Shown here: piece after piece, positions 20,875 through 31,678 of the stretch
Layout: every line of letters begins with the position of its first letter
Numbering within the stretch: position 1 is the first letter of the stretch
From: Candidatus Cloacimonadales bacterium
GTDB taxonomy: Bacteria; Cloacimonadota; Cloacimonadia; Cloacimonadales; JAIOQZ01
Assembly (NCBI GenBank): GCA_963674825.1
Contig: OY771587.1
Coordinates: forward strand, 192,001-256,000
Direction: 5' to 3'
Length of the DNA stretch: 64,000 bases
Made by a program: the position numbers and the translations under genes
Notes under the pieces: generated by a model
Database searches by the model: none
What the model saw: the letters and a program-made list of their open reading frames with translations, nothing else
What the model was told of the DNA's origin: nothing

Positions 20875-23054
20875 GGCTTCACGAAGTACATCCGCATCGA
20901 ACCCTTCCCTTTTACTTCGTAGGACTCGCGTTCGATGAATTCCACCGTTTCCAGAAGTGCGGGATCGGTTCTGACGATATTGTAAGTATCCTCTGAGATG
21001 TTGATATTCATTGGCTCGGAGAGACCTTCCATACGCGACGCGGTGTTGATCGTGTCACCGAATACATCGTAGATATACTTCCTCGTTCCAACGATTCCGC
21101 CCACCACTTTGCCTGTATGAATACCGATCCTTATTTTCCATTGGATCGGCGATTTCTCGTTTCTTTTCTTGAGATGATCGATGATCTGAAGAGACGCATT
21201 GATGATGTTCACAGCGTGCCTTGGATTCGGTGCCGGCATTCCACACACCGCAAGATATGCATCACCGATTGTTTTAATTCGTTCGCAGTCGTTCATGGCC
21301 ATGATATCATCGAATGCGGTGAAAAGATCGTTCAATTCCGAGATTAGTTTTTTCGGCTCCAGTTCGGAGGACTTTTGCGTGAATCCTACAATATCCGAGA
21401 AATAGACGGTCACGTTGTGATATGATTCCGGTTCGGTTTTTCCGCGCTGGCGGAGATCATCCGCAACACGAACAGGCAGGATATTCAGAAGAAGCCGTTC
21501 GGTTCTGGCCTTTTCCTCGCGGATGGTACGATTATCCTTCATCTTGCGGCGCAGTCCCCAGAAGGTAACCAGCGCCAGAAGCAATACCATCAGGATACCG
21601 CCTATCAAGGAATAGCGCACTATCTTTTGTCGCTTCAGGTTAAGCTCCTGAATGCGGGAACGTTGCTCCAGAATCTCGATCTGCTGCTGGTTGAGTTCGT
21701 TTTCATGCGTTGTCTGCATGAGTGTGATCTTCTGCTTAAGCTGCTCTTCGCGTAAGTCGCGGATTTGCAGTTCCTTCTGTCGTGATTCTTCACGTGTACG
21801 TTCAAGTTCCTGTGTCTGCGCCCCCATTACCTCCTGCAATTCCAGGATCTTACGTTCTTTCTTCGCAGTCTCGTAACGGGTTTCCATCTCGGCAACCTGC
21901 TGCCGGGCCTCGCTGGTTGTGATGCTGTCTTTAATGCTTGCCAGACGCTTGTGATACGCCAGCGATTTCTCGTAATTACCCATCTTGGAATAGGTTTCCG
22001 AAAGAACCTCAAGTCCGCTTCTCACCAGGTCGAACGCGTCGATCTCTTCAGCGACGGCGATTCCTTTCTCGATCTGCGCGATCGCTTCTTCGTAACATTG
22101 CTCCTTGAAATGCACGTAGCCGATGTTGATCAGCGTTGATGCAATACCGTATTGGTCGCCGTTCTTCTCTTTCAGTTCCAGCGATTTCCGGTAGTATTCA
22201 ATCGCTTTGTCGTATTGCTGCTGGCTGTCATAGACATTGCCGATATTGTTCAGCGTTTTGGTGATCAGTTCAGGCTTACCAATCTCCTCACCGATCTGTA
22301 ACGCCTGTCCGAAGTAATCGAGTGCCTTTTCGAAATCGCCTTGCCTGCGGTAAAGCGTGCCGATGTTGTTCAGCGTCAGCGCGATTTCGTCCTTGCAGCC
22401 TTGCCTGCGATTAATTTCGAGCACTTCCTGATAATACTTCATCGCTTTTTCAGGCTGATTCAGCTTCTGGTAGGCTACACCGATATTATTCAGACTCTGG
22501 ATAATCTGCTGATCGTTCTCGATGGCCTGCGATTCCTCCAGCGCTTTGAAATAGCATGACAGCGCTTGGTCGTAGTTCCCCTTGCGAGTATAGACAGCAC
22601 CCATATTCTTGAGCGTCGCAATGATTCCAAGACTGCTGGGCAGTTTTTGATAGATATCCAGCGCTTCCTGATAATGTTGTATGGAAGTATCGAGTTGTTG
22701 GAGGCGGTCGAAGACATTGCCGAGGTTGTAGTGTACAATAGCTGAATTTTCGGGGTCAAAAAGCTGTTCGTATATCTCCAGAGCTTTACCATAAAACGTC
22801 GCAGCTTCCTGATAACGCTTCATGAGAAAAAGCCTGCGCGCAATCCGGCTGTTGGCTCGGGCTATCTCTTGATTATTCTTCAGATCCTGCGCCTTGTAGA
22901 GCGCTTGCATCTCATACTGGAGGCTTTTATCTCCGGAAGTCTCCCACGCCTTATCAGCCATTCGGTTGAGCTGCTGAATATGCTGCGGTACCTGCGCACC
23001 GAGCGATGCGATCATCAGCAAAATCAACAAGATAAAGGCTGTCTTCGTAGACAT
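20862..23054 (-). CDS. Membrane class III adenylate/guanylate cyclase with extracytoplasmic TPR sensor
   Basis: Signal peptide, TPRs, coiled coil, TM helix, then LLLNILP, FSDIVGFT, IKTIGDAY, YDVFGDTINTASRME. Confidence 0.92.
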   Translation of the reverse strand: MSTKTAFILLILLMIASLGAQVPQHIQQLNRMADKAWETSGDKSLQYEMQALYKAQDLKNNQEIARANSRIARRLFLMKRYQEAATFYGKALEIYEQLFDPENSAIVHYNLGNVFDRLQQLDTSIQHYQEALDIYQKLPSSLGIIATLKNMGAVYTRKGNYDQALSCYFKALEESQAIENDQQIIQSLNNIGVAYQKLNQPEKAMKYYQEVLEINRRQGCKDEIALTLNNIGTLYRRQGDFEKALDYFGQALQIGEEIGKPELITKTLNNIGNVYDSQQQYDKAIEYYRKSLELKEKNGDQYGIASTLINIGYVHFKEQCYEEAIAQIEKGIAVAEEIDAFDLVRSGLEVLSETYSKMGNYEKSLAYHKRLASIKDSITTSEARQQVAEMETRYETAKKERKILELQEVMGAQTQELERTREESRQKELQIRDLREEQLKQKITLMQTTHENELNQQQIEILEQRSRIQELNLKRQKIVRYSLIGGILMVLLLALVTFWGLRRKMKDNRTIREEKARTERLLLNILPVRVADDLRQRGKTEPESYHNVTVYFSDIVGFTQKSSELEPKKLISELNDLFTAFDDIMAMNDCERIKTIGDAYLAVCGMPAPNPRHAVNIINASLQIIDHLKKRNEKSPIQWKIRIGIHTGKVVGGIVGTRKYIYDVFGDTINTASRMEGLSEPMNINISEDTYNIVRTDPALLETVEFIERESYEVKGKGSMRMYFVKPYSL

Positions 23055-23060
23055 AACTTC

Positions 23061-23753
23061 TTATTTCGTCTCCTGCTTACTTTCGTGAACCAGTTCAGCT
23101 TGCGATTTGCGAAGATACCAGGGCTCCAGTATGCCGATCGTATCAAGATCGTAAACCGGCATCGGATCCATCTGCTCCACGAATGTGATCAGTCCTGAAG
23201 CCATCGGATAGCGAAGATGCAGCGGAGCAGGAATGTAGTCAATACCCATATCGTCGAGTATCGAGCTATATTCGTCCAAGCCGCTTCCCAGTGCGACAAC
23301 CGGTACATCGATCAGTTTGAGGAAGTCTTCCGGCTTCGCGCAGCGTGGTTCTATCAGCGTTTTACCATACTTGTCGTACAGCGCACCATAGATTTCATTC
23401 ATGCGCGCGTCGATGATCGGCATCACGGCACGCTCCATCCCAAAGGCGTTGCCTGCCAGCAATTCAAGGGTGCTGACGGGAACCAAAGGGATTTCCAGGC
23501 TCATCGCGATGCCTTTGGCAGTGGCTAACCCGATACGTACACCGGTAAAAGAACCCGGGCCATTCGAGATCGCAATGCAATCGAAGTCCTTCATCTCCAT
23601 GCCCAACGCTTTTCGCAATCTATCGATCTCCGGCATAACCCGCTCGGAGTGGGTTACCTGGATATCCATCGAGGTCGAGGCGAGCAGCTTGCCATCTTTT
23701 CCAATCGCAATGCTGCCAAACGAGGATGTTGTTTCAAGCGCAAGGATAGTCAT
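23061..23753 (-). CDS. tsaB: tRNA t6A biosynthesis protein TsaB
   Basis: ILALETT, HSERVMP, GPGSFTGVRIG, IDARMNEIY, P.YLRKSQAE. Confidence 0.95.
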   Translation of the reverse strand: MTILALETTSSFGSIAIGKDGKLLASTSMDIQVTHSERVMPEIDRLRKALGMEMKDFDCIAISNGPGSFTGVRIGLATAKGIAMSLEIPLVPVSTLELLAGNAFGMERAVMPIIDARMNEIYGALYDKYGKTLIEPRCAKPEDFLKLIDVPVVALGSGLDEYSSILDDMGIDYIPAPLHLRYPMASGLITFVEQMDPMPVYDLDTIGILEPWYLRKSQAELVHESKQETK

Positions 23754-23755
23754 TA

Positions 23756-24901
23756 CTATTTGATCCCCAGTTTTTCATAAAGCTCCGCGACTTCCTTCAT
23801 CATGTTCGGGATCGCGATTTGTTGTGGACAGGCATCGGAGCACTTACCACATTCGATGCAATCCATCGGACGCTTGCCTTCAGGTTGCATGCGCAGTGCG
23901 AACGATGTTTTCCCCTCATTCTTATAACTGTGCCAGTCATTGTATATCGATAGAATCCATGGAATTGAGATTCCTACTGGACAGGGCAGGCAATAGCGGC
24001 ATCCGGTACAAGGCACCGGGCGCATTTCGCAATATAGATCCCGAACTTTCGCGATCATCTCCTGATCGGACTCGCTCAGGCTGTTTGTCTCGGCCGCAGA
24101 GGCAAACACGATGTCTTCTTCCACTTCCTGCATGGTGTTCATACCGCTGAGAACGAACCAAACCTTCTCCTGATCCCAAAGCCAGCTGAAAGCCCAATCA
24201 ACCGGTGAGCGCTTCGTTTCGTGGTTGTTGATGATGTCCATGATCGGTTCCGGCAGGTTCTTGACGAGGTCTCCCCCACGAAGCGGCTCCATGATGATCA
24301 CCGCGATTCCCTTTTCATGGGCGCGGTCGAGACCTTTGCGTCCGGCTTGATGCTCTTCGTCCATGTAGTTGTATTGAATCTGGCAGAAATCCCAATCGTG
24401 GGCGTCCAATATCTCCATGAAAAGGTTCTGGTCGTCGTGGAACGAGAAGCCAAAGAACCTGATTTTGCCTTCCTTGCGCTTCTGCTCTCCCCATTGGATG
24501 AGATCGAATTTCTGCACAGTTTTCCAGAAGCCACCATTCAGGGCATGCAACAGATAAAAATCGAAGTAGTCAACTTGCACCCGTTCGAGCTGTTCATTGA
24601 GCAGTCGATCCGCGTCTTCTTCCGTCTTGACTTCCCAGATCGGAAGCTTGTCAGCAACCATCACTTTCTCACGATAGCCATCTTTGAGCGCTTTGCCCAG
24701 AACAAATTCGCTGTTTCCACGGTGATAGGCGTACGCGGTATCCACGTAGTTCACGCCGTTGTCGATGGCATGACGAATCATCTTGATTGCCTCTGGTTCG
24801 TTGATATTGCCAAAATCATCGCCGATTATCGGAAGTCTCATGCATCCGAAGCCCAATGCGGAAGGCGCTACGCCCAGTTTATCAAATTGTCTATATTTCA
24901 T
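23756..24901 (-). CDS. Aldo/keto reductase with C-terminal 4Fe-4S domain
   Basis: LGFGCMRLP, YVDTAY.YH, GFSFH, MEPLRGG, CTGCRYC.PCP, CIECGKC...CPQ. Confidence 0.92.
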   Translation of the reverse strand: MKYRQFDKLGVAPSALGFGCMRLPIIGDDFGNINEPEAIKMIRHAIDNGVNYVDTAYAYHRGNSEFVLGKALKDGYREKVMVADKLPIWEVKTEEDADRLLNEQLERVQVDYFDFYLLHALNGGFWKTVQKFDLIQWGEQKRKEGKIRFFGFSFHDDQNLFMEILDAHDWDFCQIQYNYMDEEHQAGRKGLDRAHEKGIAVIIMEPLRGGDLVKNLPEPIMDIINNHETKRSPVDWAFSWLWDQEKVWFVLSGMNTMQEVEEDIVFASAAETNSLSESDQEMIAKVRDLYCEMRPVPCTGCRYCLPCPVGISIPWILSIYNDWHSYKNEGKTSFALRMQPEGKRPMDCIECGKCSDACPQQIAIPNMMKEVAELYEKLGIK

Positions 24902-24961
24902 ATCAAATCCTCCATTTGTAAATAAGCGATCGGCCCGTCACAGGGCAAGAAAAAAAGTATG

Positions 24962-25966
24962 TCAACAAAACATTATATTCTGTTTCTTGCGATACTCCCG
25001 CAGGATGTCATCCATGATGCGATTGGTTCTCGCGGCATCTTCAGCCGTGCAAACAGCCGGTGTTCCATCTAGAAGATTCGCCACAATTCGTTCCACCATC
25101 GGGAGTTGGACAGGATCCGTTCGAGGAATCTCGAAATGCTGAATGATGCCATTCTTCCGGAGCTCCACTGGCGTGAACTTGAACGACGAGAATCGTATTT
25201 CGCCCTCGCTTCCCACGATGATCGCTTCATCCACATCCGTTCCGGCAGGTTCGCAGTACGACCACTCACCTGTCAGTGGAGTACCGTTCGTAAGCTCCAT
25301 CTCAGCCTGAATATAGTCCTCTGCCGGGTAGTGCCCCAAGCGGTTTTCCGCCCTGGCTCGAATGACCTTCAACGGACCGAAGTAGTCATCGAGAATATCC
25401 AGCGTGTGCGACCCCACATCCACGAAAAGGCCTCCGCCGGAAATCTCGGGGATATAGCGCCAAGGGAGGTTTTCTGAGTCGAGCTCGCGAGGCGTCCGCA
25501 GCATTTTCACGTCGATTGACCGAATTTTTCCAATCACACCAGCTTCGAGCAGCTCCTTTACCTTCAGGAAATACGGCATGACACGTCGATAGTACGCCAC
25601 GAAGAGCGGAACGCCCGTCTCGCGCTGCTTGTCGAGCATGCGCAGGCATTCGTCATAGGTTCGGGCCATCGGCTTCTCAACATAAACCGGTTTACCGGCT
25701 TCCAGAGCTGCTATAGCATAATACGCGTGAGAATCGGGAGCTGTTGCGATATAGACAGCGTCCACATCCTCGCAAGTTATCACGTCCAGCGGATTCTCAA
25801 AGCACAGCGGGATACCCTTGCGGCTTGCATATTCTTTCGCCTTTGCGTACGTTCTGGACGCGACCGCCACCAGCTCCGAACGTGCTGCCTGTTGCAATGC
25901 AGGCGCACTTTTCTTTTCAGTCACCGACCCGCATCCGATCATTCCCCACCGTATTTTATCAGACAT
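24962..25966 (-). CDS. Gfo/Idh/MocA oxidoreductase
   Basis: WGMIGCG, VYIAT...H, VYVEKP, GG...DVGSH. Confidence 0.9.
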   Translation of the reverse strand: MSDKIRWGMIGCGSVTEKKSAPALQQAARSELVAVASRTYAKAKEYASRKGIPLCFENPLDVITCEDVDAVYIATAPDSHAYYAIAALEAGKPVYVEKPMARTYDECLRMLDKQRETGVPLFVAYYRRVMPYFLKVKELLEAGVIGKIRSIDVKMLRTPRELDSENLPWRYIPEISGGGLFVDVGSHTLDILDDYFGPLKVIRARAENRLGHYPAEDYIQAEMELTNGTPLTGEWSYCEPAGTDVDEAIIVGSEGEIRFSSFKFTPVELRKNGIIQHFEIPRTDPVQLPMVERIVANLLDGTPAVCTAEDAARTNRIMDDILREYRKKQNIMFC

Positions 25967-27536
25967 TGGAATAAACCACCTCGCCATCGACAATTGTCAT
26001 GCAAGAACGAGCATCGAGCCAAAACTCGTCCGGTTGCTGCGTGAAGTCGTCCAAAACGATCAGATCGGCCCTCTTGCCCACCTTGATCGAACCCAATGAA
26101 TCCTCGCTACACGAGCCCTTCGCTGCGTCGATCGTGAACGCACGTAGCGCTTCCATCACGGAAATTCGCTGTTCGGGATACCAGGACGGATTCTTGGGAT
26201 CGTTGCGGAACTTGCGTTGCAGTGCTGCGTAGATGCACTCGAACGGGTTGATGCTCTCCACCGGTGCATCCGATCCGAAACCGATCGGGATATCGTTGTC
26301 CAACAGCGTTCTAAAAACGTATGAATACTTTGCGGCCTCGCCCCAATAGTGATCGGTGTTGCCGGCATCCATCTTGATGTGAACCGGTTGCATGGCGCAA
26401 TAAGCTGCGGTTTTCTTTAAAAGCGGAATATCGTCGGGGTCGATGCATTGCAGATGCTCGATGCGGTGGAAGAGATTATAACCATATTGATCTCGCGCTC
26501 TCTGGAGAATCCTGATCACCAGATGCACCGCCTCATCGCCTATTGCGTGGATGGAAGACGCAATATCATGCTCTGCCGCACCCAGAACCAGCTCTTCCAG
26601 CTCCTGCGGCTCGATTGTGAAATCACCGCGACCACCATTTGGATAGGGATGATACATGCGTGCGGTCTGGGAGCCGATGGAGCCATCGAAGAAGAGTTTT
26701 TGTCCACATATTTTAAACCATTCGTCACCGGTGTAGGATTTCACTCCATCTTCGATCATCTTGTCGGTGATGGCGTACGGAAAATGCCAGAAGAACCTGA
26801 ATTTATACTCGTGGTCAACACACATTCTGAATAACTCGGCTGCGCGTTCCGAATCCATAAAATGGACCCCCGAAAGCCCAAGTGTCCACATTTCGCGGAT
26901 GGTTTCCTTTGCTGCAACAAGCATCTTCTCGTGATCGTACGGAGGCCTGGTCTGCTCAATCAGCTTCCACGCCTTCTCAAAAAGGAAGCCGGTTGGTTCG
27001 CCATCGGGATCATGATCGATCTTCCCACCGGGCGGGTCGGGTGTATTGCGATCGATACCGGCCGCTTCGAGGGCTTTGGTGTTGCACCACAATGAGTGCA
27101 GATCCTTGCTCTTCAGCGTTACAGGCGTATCGGGAAAGAGATCATCCAGCATGGTGCGATCGAATCCTGTCAGGTCGGAATAGACATTACGGTCCCACCC
27201 GCTTCCGCCAATCCATTCCGGTAGCGGATCGTGCCTTTCTTTGTAAGCGACGAGGATATCCTTGACCTCGTCCAATGAGCGCGCGCTGTCTAAATCAACG
27301 TCGAATTTCAGACGCACGACATTATAAAAGTGAGTGTGTGTGTCGATCAGTGCAGGCATGAGAACACGTCCGCCGAGATCGATCTTCTCACAATCGGATG
27401 ATGTCATCTTCTCCACCTCTGTCAGGCTACCAACAGCCGCGATTGCTCCATCGCGCACCAGCACGCACTCAATCGGCTTTTCGTCCGTTTCCATCGTCAG
27501 TATTTTTCCACCATAGATCAGCAAATCCTTTTTCAC
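25959..27536 (-). CDS. Amidohydrolase 3 family (YtcJ-like)
   Basis: PALIDTHTH, KLFFDGS, HAIGD, HRIEH, FGSDAPV, GKRADLIVL; GTG start after AAGGAG. Confidence 0.9.
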   Translation of the reverse strand: MKKDLLIYGGKILTMETDEKPIECVLVRDGAIAAVGSLTEVEKMTSSDCEKIDLGGRVLMPALIDTHTHFYNVVRLKFDVDLDSARSLDEVKDILVAYKERHDPLPEWIGGSGWDRNVYSDLTGFDRTMLDDLFPDTPVTLKSKDLHSLWCNTKALEAAGIDRNTPDPPGGKIDHDPDGEPTGFLFEKAWKLIEQTRPPYDHEKMLVAAKETIREMWTLGLSGVHFMDSERAAELFRMCVDHEYKFRFFWHFPYAITDKMIEDGVKSYTGDEWFKICGQKLFFDGSIGSQTARMYHPYPNGGRGDFTIEPQELEELVLGAAEHDIASSIHAIGDEAVHLVIRILQRARDQYGYNLFHRIEHLQCIDPDDIPLLKKTAAYCAMQPVHIKMDAGNTDHYWGEAAKYSYVFRTLLDNDIPIGFGSDAPVESINPFECIYAALQRKFRNDPKNPSWYPEQRISVMEALRAFTIDAAKGSCSEDSLGSIKVGKRADLIVLDDFTQQPDEFWLDARSCMTIVDGEVVYSNV

Positions 27537-27682
27537 CAGTAACTCCTTGTGGTTGTAGCTCTCGTCGCATCCCTCGCCTATCGATCGTAAAGACACCGGG
27601 CAAATTTTCCCTTTACCGGATATTTTCATTGACTGAACATCCGCGCTATCGATTTAGTGAAGAAAAAAATGAAAGGGTGCTT

Positions 27683-28918
27683 ATGTCAATTCAGAATTTG
27701 TTCTCGAGCCTGACCGTCAATATGAAATCGTCAATGATCAGGGATCTTGTGCATCAAACAAAGGGTGTTCCGGGTATGATTTCTTTTGCCGGAGGATTCC
27801 CGAATCCGGTAACTTTCCCCTGCCAGGAACTCGCCGACGTGTTCCATGAAGTAGTAGCGAATGAAGGCGTGGATGTCCTTCAATACGGCGCCAGCGAAGG
27901 CGACGCGCTGCTCAAAGAGCAGATACTCAAGCACGAAGGAATCGAAGGCCTCACCAACAACGAACTTCTGGTCTCATCCGGTTCCACCAACGGTCTTTAC
28001 CTCTTCACACGGACGTTCATCGATATCGGAGACGTGATCTTCACCGAAGCCCCCAGCTTCGTAGGCTCTCTTGTAGCCTTCGAAGGCGCTGGCGCAGAAC
28101 TCGCGCCCGTCGAGATGGACGAACAAGGCATGCGCATCGACCTGCTGAAAGAATCGTACGAGAAAACGATCGCAGCAGGCAAAACACCAAAATTCATCTA
28201 CCTGATTCCCGAATTTCAGAACCCGACAGGCAGCAGCATGGGCCTCGAACGTAAGCGCGAGATCATCAAGTTTGCCATCGAAAAGGGAATTCTTATCCTC
28301 GAAGACGATCCCTATGGCGAACTCCGCTATGCCGGCGAGAAAATCCCCTCCTTGTTCGAAATTGCTCGCAAGGAATTCGGTAACACCGAGACCGTCACAT
28401 TGGTCAAATCGTTCTCGAAGCTTCTGGGACCCGGACTGCGCCTTGCCTACGTGATTAGCTGCGAACCGGCAATCAAGAAAATGTGCTCCTGGATACAGAA
28501 AGTGAGCGTTACTCCCGAATGCATCGTGCAGCGCGTTATCGCTCGCTACATGGAGAAGGGCCTTTTCGCACCACACGTTAACCGCGTTCGCGCGTTTTAC
28601 AAAAAGCAGTGCCAGGCAATGCTCGACACGCTCGAAGAGACCATGCCGTCCTACATCAAGTGGACCATCCCCGAAGGCGGAATGTTCATCTGGATAACCC
28701 TACCGGAAAATATGAACGGCGACGAGCTCTTCACCGAAGCGCTCAAGCACAAAGTCGCATTCGTCCCGGGAAGCAAGTTCTACCCGAGCGGCTGCGAGAA
28801 ATTCAATTCGATCCGCCTGAACTATTCCTACGCAACCGCCGATCAAATCATCGAAGGCGTGCACCGACTCGCAGGACTGATCCGCGAAAAAGGCGGCGAA
28901 GAACTTTTAAGCAACTAA
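27683..28918 (+). CDS. PLP-dependent aminotransferase class I/II (LysN/ARO8-like)
   Basis: ISFAGGFP, LQYG, YLIPEFQNPTG, EDDPYGEL, SFSK..GPGLR, PEGGMF.W. Confidence 0.92.
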   Translation: MSIQNLFSSLTVNMKSSMIRDLVHQTKGVPGMISFAGGFPNPVTFPCQELADVFHEVVANEGVDVLQYGASEGDALLKEQILKHEGIEGLTNNELLVSSGSTNGLYLFTRTFIDIGDVIFTEAPSFVGSLVAFEGAGAELAPVEMDEQGMRIDLLKESYEKTIAAGKTPKFIYLIPEFQNPTGSSMGLERKREIIKFAIEKGILILEDDPYGELRYAGEKIPSLFEIARKEFGNTETVTLVKSFSKLLGPGLRLAYVISCEPAIKKMCSWIQKVSVTPECIVQRVIARYMEKGLFAPHVNRVRAFYKKQCQAMLDTLEETMPSYIKWTIPEGGMFIWITLPENMNGDELFTEALKHKVAFVPGSKFYPSGCEKFNSIRLNYSYATADQIIEGVHRLAGLIREKGGEELLSN

Positions 28919-28928
28919 GGAGGAAGCG

Positions 28929-30233
28929 ATGTATAACCCGGTTGAATTGATCATTCGCAAGCGCATGGGAGGCGAACTGACAGAAGACGAAATCCGCTGG
29001 TTCATCGGTGGATATCTGTCGGAAGAGATCCCGGAATACCAGATGTCAGCGCTGCTGATGGCAATCTTTTTCCAAAGCATGAAACCGGAAGAAGCCCGGA
29101 CGCTCACACGCGTCTATATTGAATCGGGTAAACGCATCTCCTTCCCGGAAGACTGGCATACAGTCGATAAACATTCAACCGGCGGCGTTGGCGATAAGAT
29201 CACTCTTCCCCTGGCGCCGCTGGTCGCTGCTTGCGGCGTAAAGATCCCCATGATCAGCGGTCGAGGTCTTGGCCACACTGGCGGAACTCTGGACAAGCTC
29301 GATTCCATCGCGGGTATGCGCACCGATTTCTCGGAAGCGGAGTTCAAGAAGATGGTCGAGGAAGTCGGATTCGCGATCATCAGCCAGTCGAAAGAACTGG
29401 TTCCCGCAGACCGACGCATTTACGCGCTGCGCGATGTCACCGGCACAGTTGAAAGCCTTCCGCTCATCACCGCCAGCATCATGAGCAAGAAAATCGCCGA
29501 AGGCGCGCAGAATCTGGTGATCGACCTCAAGGTCGGAACCGGCGCGTTCATCAAGACCATCGAGCAAGCCGAGGTGCTTGCCGAACTGATGATCTCGGTT
29601 GGCAACCAACTCGGACAAAAGATTTCGGTAGTGTTCACCGACATGAATTCACCCATCGGCTGGTATGCGGGTAATGCGCTGGAAATTCGCGAAACCATCG
29701 AATACCTCAAGGGCGAGCCTAACGAGGATGTCGATCTGATAACCAAGGCGCTTGCTGAGCAGATGCTTCTGCTTTGTGGTAAGGCCGAAACGCGCGAAGA
29801 AGCGCGCAAGCAGCTCGACGAAGTCCACCAGAACGGTAAAGCGCTGGAGAAATTCCGCGCGTTCATCCAGATTCAGGGTGGTGATCCCCGAATTTGCGAC
29901 GATGTTGATCTGCTCCCGCAAGCAAAGTATGAGATTCCCATCATTGCAGAAGCGACCGGATGGATCGAAGCAATCGACAGCCAGGCGATCGGCTACGCGC
30001 TGGTCGAACTGGGCGCCGGACGCAGAACGCTCGATTCGAAGCTCGATTACAGCACCGGAGCTTATCTTCCCAAGAAAATCGGCTGCGAAACCGATCAGGG
30101 CGACCCCATGGGCCTCGTATATGCCAACGACGAAGCGGCCGGAATCGAGGTCGCGAAGAAGATCGCGGCAGCCTATCGCATCAGCGAAACACAGATCGAA
30201 CCCAACAACCGCATTATCAAGATCCGGGATTGA
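28929..30233 (+). CDS. pdp: Pyrimidine-nucleoside/thymidine phosphorylase
   Basis: DKHSTGGVGDK, MISGRGLGHTGGTLDKL, SIMSKKIAEG. Confidence 0.95.
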   Translation: MYNPVELIIRKRMGGELTEDEIRWFIGGYLSEEIPEYQMSALLMAIFFQSMKPEEARTLTRVYIESGKRISFPEDWHTVDKHSTGGVGDKITLPLAPLVAACGVKIPMISGRGLGHTGGTLDKLDSIAGMRTDFSEAEFKKMVEEVGFAIISQSKELVPADRRIYALRDVTGTVESLPLITASIMSKKIAEGAQNLVIDLKVGTGAFIKTIEQAEVLAELMISVGNQLGQKISVVFTDMNSPIGWYAGNALEIRETIEYLKGEPNEDVDLITKALAEQMLLLCGKAETREEARKQLDEVHQNGKALEKFRAFIQIQGGDPRICDDVDLLPQAKYEIPIIAEATGWIEAIDSQAIGYALVELGAGRRTLDSKLDYSTGAYLPKKIGCETDQGDPMGLVYANDEAAGIEVAKKIAAAYRISETQIEPNNRIIKIRD

Positions 30234-30236
30234 TCC

Positions 30237-30824
30237 TTGAGACGGCTGATCCTTCTCGTCATCCTGCTCCTGTGCGTTACGCTCGGGGCCGAAATCAAAT
30301 TCATCCCCGGCTTTGAATTCGATATCCGCACCGCGCCGGTGGTCGATGTTATTCGCATTGAACACACGGACGGTCGCAAGGACGTACTGGAAGGGAACGG
30401 ATCGCTTGGATTCCTCTTCGAGCCCGGATTCCAACTCATGAAAGAGAGCTACGAGGCCAGGCTTTCATCCGGCATCGGATTCCTGCACAACAATCTCTTC
30501 AACAGCGTTTATTTCTCGCTGGAAGGCAGTGTGTATTTCGACACCGGCTCACACCTGATGGTAGGCCCGCATCTGGGTACGTTCTATCTACTGTCCGCCT
30601 GGGATGGAGACAAGACCAGCCAGGACGATATCTCCATGCAGATGAACAGCCCCGGCATTATCGTCGGCGTCAGCATCACATCGGCAGGATTCGGTGCACG
30701 CATGATCGGTTCGCTCGACTACGTCAGCGGAAAGATCGACCTGGATGGAAAGAACGGATGGGTTCCCGGCGACGACCAGATAGACTATCAGGGACTCTCG
30801 CTCCGGATGGGCCTGGGGTTCTGA
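30237..30824 (+). CDS. Small outer-membrane beta-barrel protein (paralogue 1)
   Basis: Signal peptide; ends GW...DDQIDYQGLSLRMGLGF. Confidence 0.7.
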   Translation: MRRLILLVILLLCVTLGAEIKFIPGFEFDIRTAPVVDVIRIEHTDGRKDVLEGNGSLGFLFEPGFQLMKESYEARLSSGIGFLHNNLFNSVYFSLEGSVYFDTGSHLMVGPHLGTFYLLSAWDGDKTSQDDISMQMNSPGIIVGVSITSAGFGARMIGSLDYVSGKIDLDGKNGWVPGDDQIDYQGLSLRMGLGF

Positions 30825-30912
30825 TTCGTTAGCACAGCGCCGGATAATCTTGACATTTCCTAATCAATAGCCATACTTTGCCATTATGCAACGTTTTAAC
30901 ATTGGGCGGCGC

Positions 30913-31539
30913 ATGAGGCAATTTGTACTGATCGTCATCATGGTTCTCATAGGAGCTTCTTCTTTGCTATCCATTTCCGGTGAGGTGCATCTCGGGCTCA
31001 AGCCTCTCTTTTATTCGCCGGAGAATAGCGACTTCGAAGTGAAGCAGAAAGAGGAATCGCACTCCATGTTCGACCTATCGGGATTTGACGTCGGACCGGA
31101 TTTCTCCGGACTCGGGATCATGTTCTACACAATGTACAGCATTACAGACACAACCTTCTATCTCAACGCCACCACTTCGATGGGCGGGTTCACCGCGCAG
31201 GATTACGGCGTATGGATGTGGGCAAACGAGCTCGCAGCGCTCTATTCACTCACCGATTCTGTTCAAGCGGGATTTGTCGCCGGAATCAGCATCAGTAGCG
31301 GGAGAGTCATGGGAGACAACCCGTCCAACCTCCAATTGAGTTCGCAAGATCCCGGGACTTACTTCGGCATCCGGTTCCAGATGAAATGGACACAGGCACG
31401 TGCGGAATTCAGCATCGTTCATCATCGCCTCGTGTTCGATTACACCATAGACGACGAGTGGTACGCGAATAAGGACGAGCTGGATCTCTCGGGAACTTGC
31501 GTAAGCTTCGGCGTATCCTTCCCTCTGTTCGGGCATTGA
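30913..31539 (+). CDS. Small outer-membrane beta-barrel protein (paralogue 2)
   Basis: Signal peptide; ends WYANKDELDLSGTCVSFGVSF... Confidence 0.7.
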   Translation: MRQFVLIVIMVLIGASSLLSISGEVHLGLKPLFYSPENSDFEVKQKEESHSMFDLSGFDVGPDFSGLGIMFYTMYSITDTTFYLNATTSMGGFTAQDYGVWMWANELAALYSLTDSVQAGFVAGISISSGRVMGDNPSNLQLSSQDPGTYFGIRFQMKWTQARAEFSIVHHRLVFDYTIDDEWYANKDELDLSGTCVSFGVSFPLFGH

Positions 31540-31678
31540 TAATGAAAGAAATGTCCGGTATTCGCATGACGCTGGCGATATCGTTCCGCTTATTCGGCAA
31601 ATAAAGTTAACTCACCATAATTCTTGACAAGATGTACGGCCCTATCGCCAATGCCGATATTATAAAACAGGAGTGCTT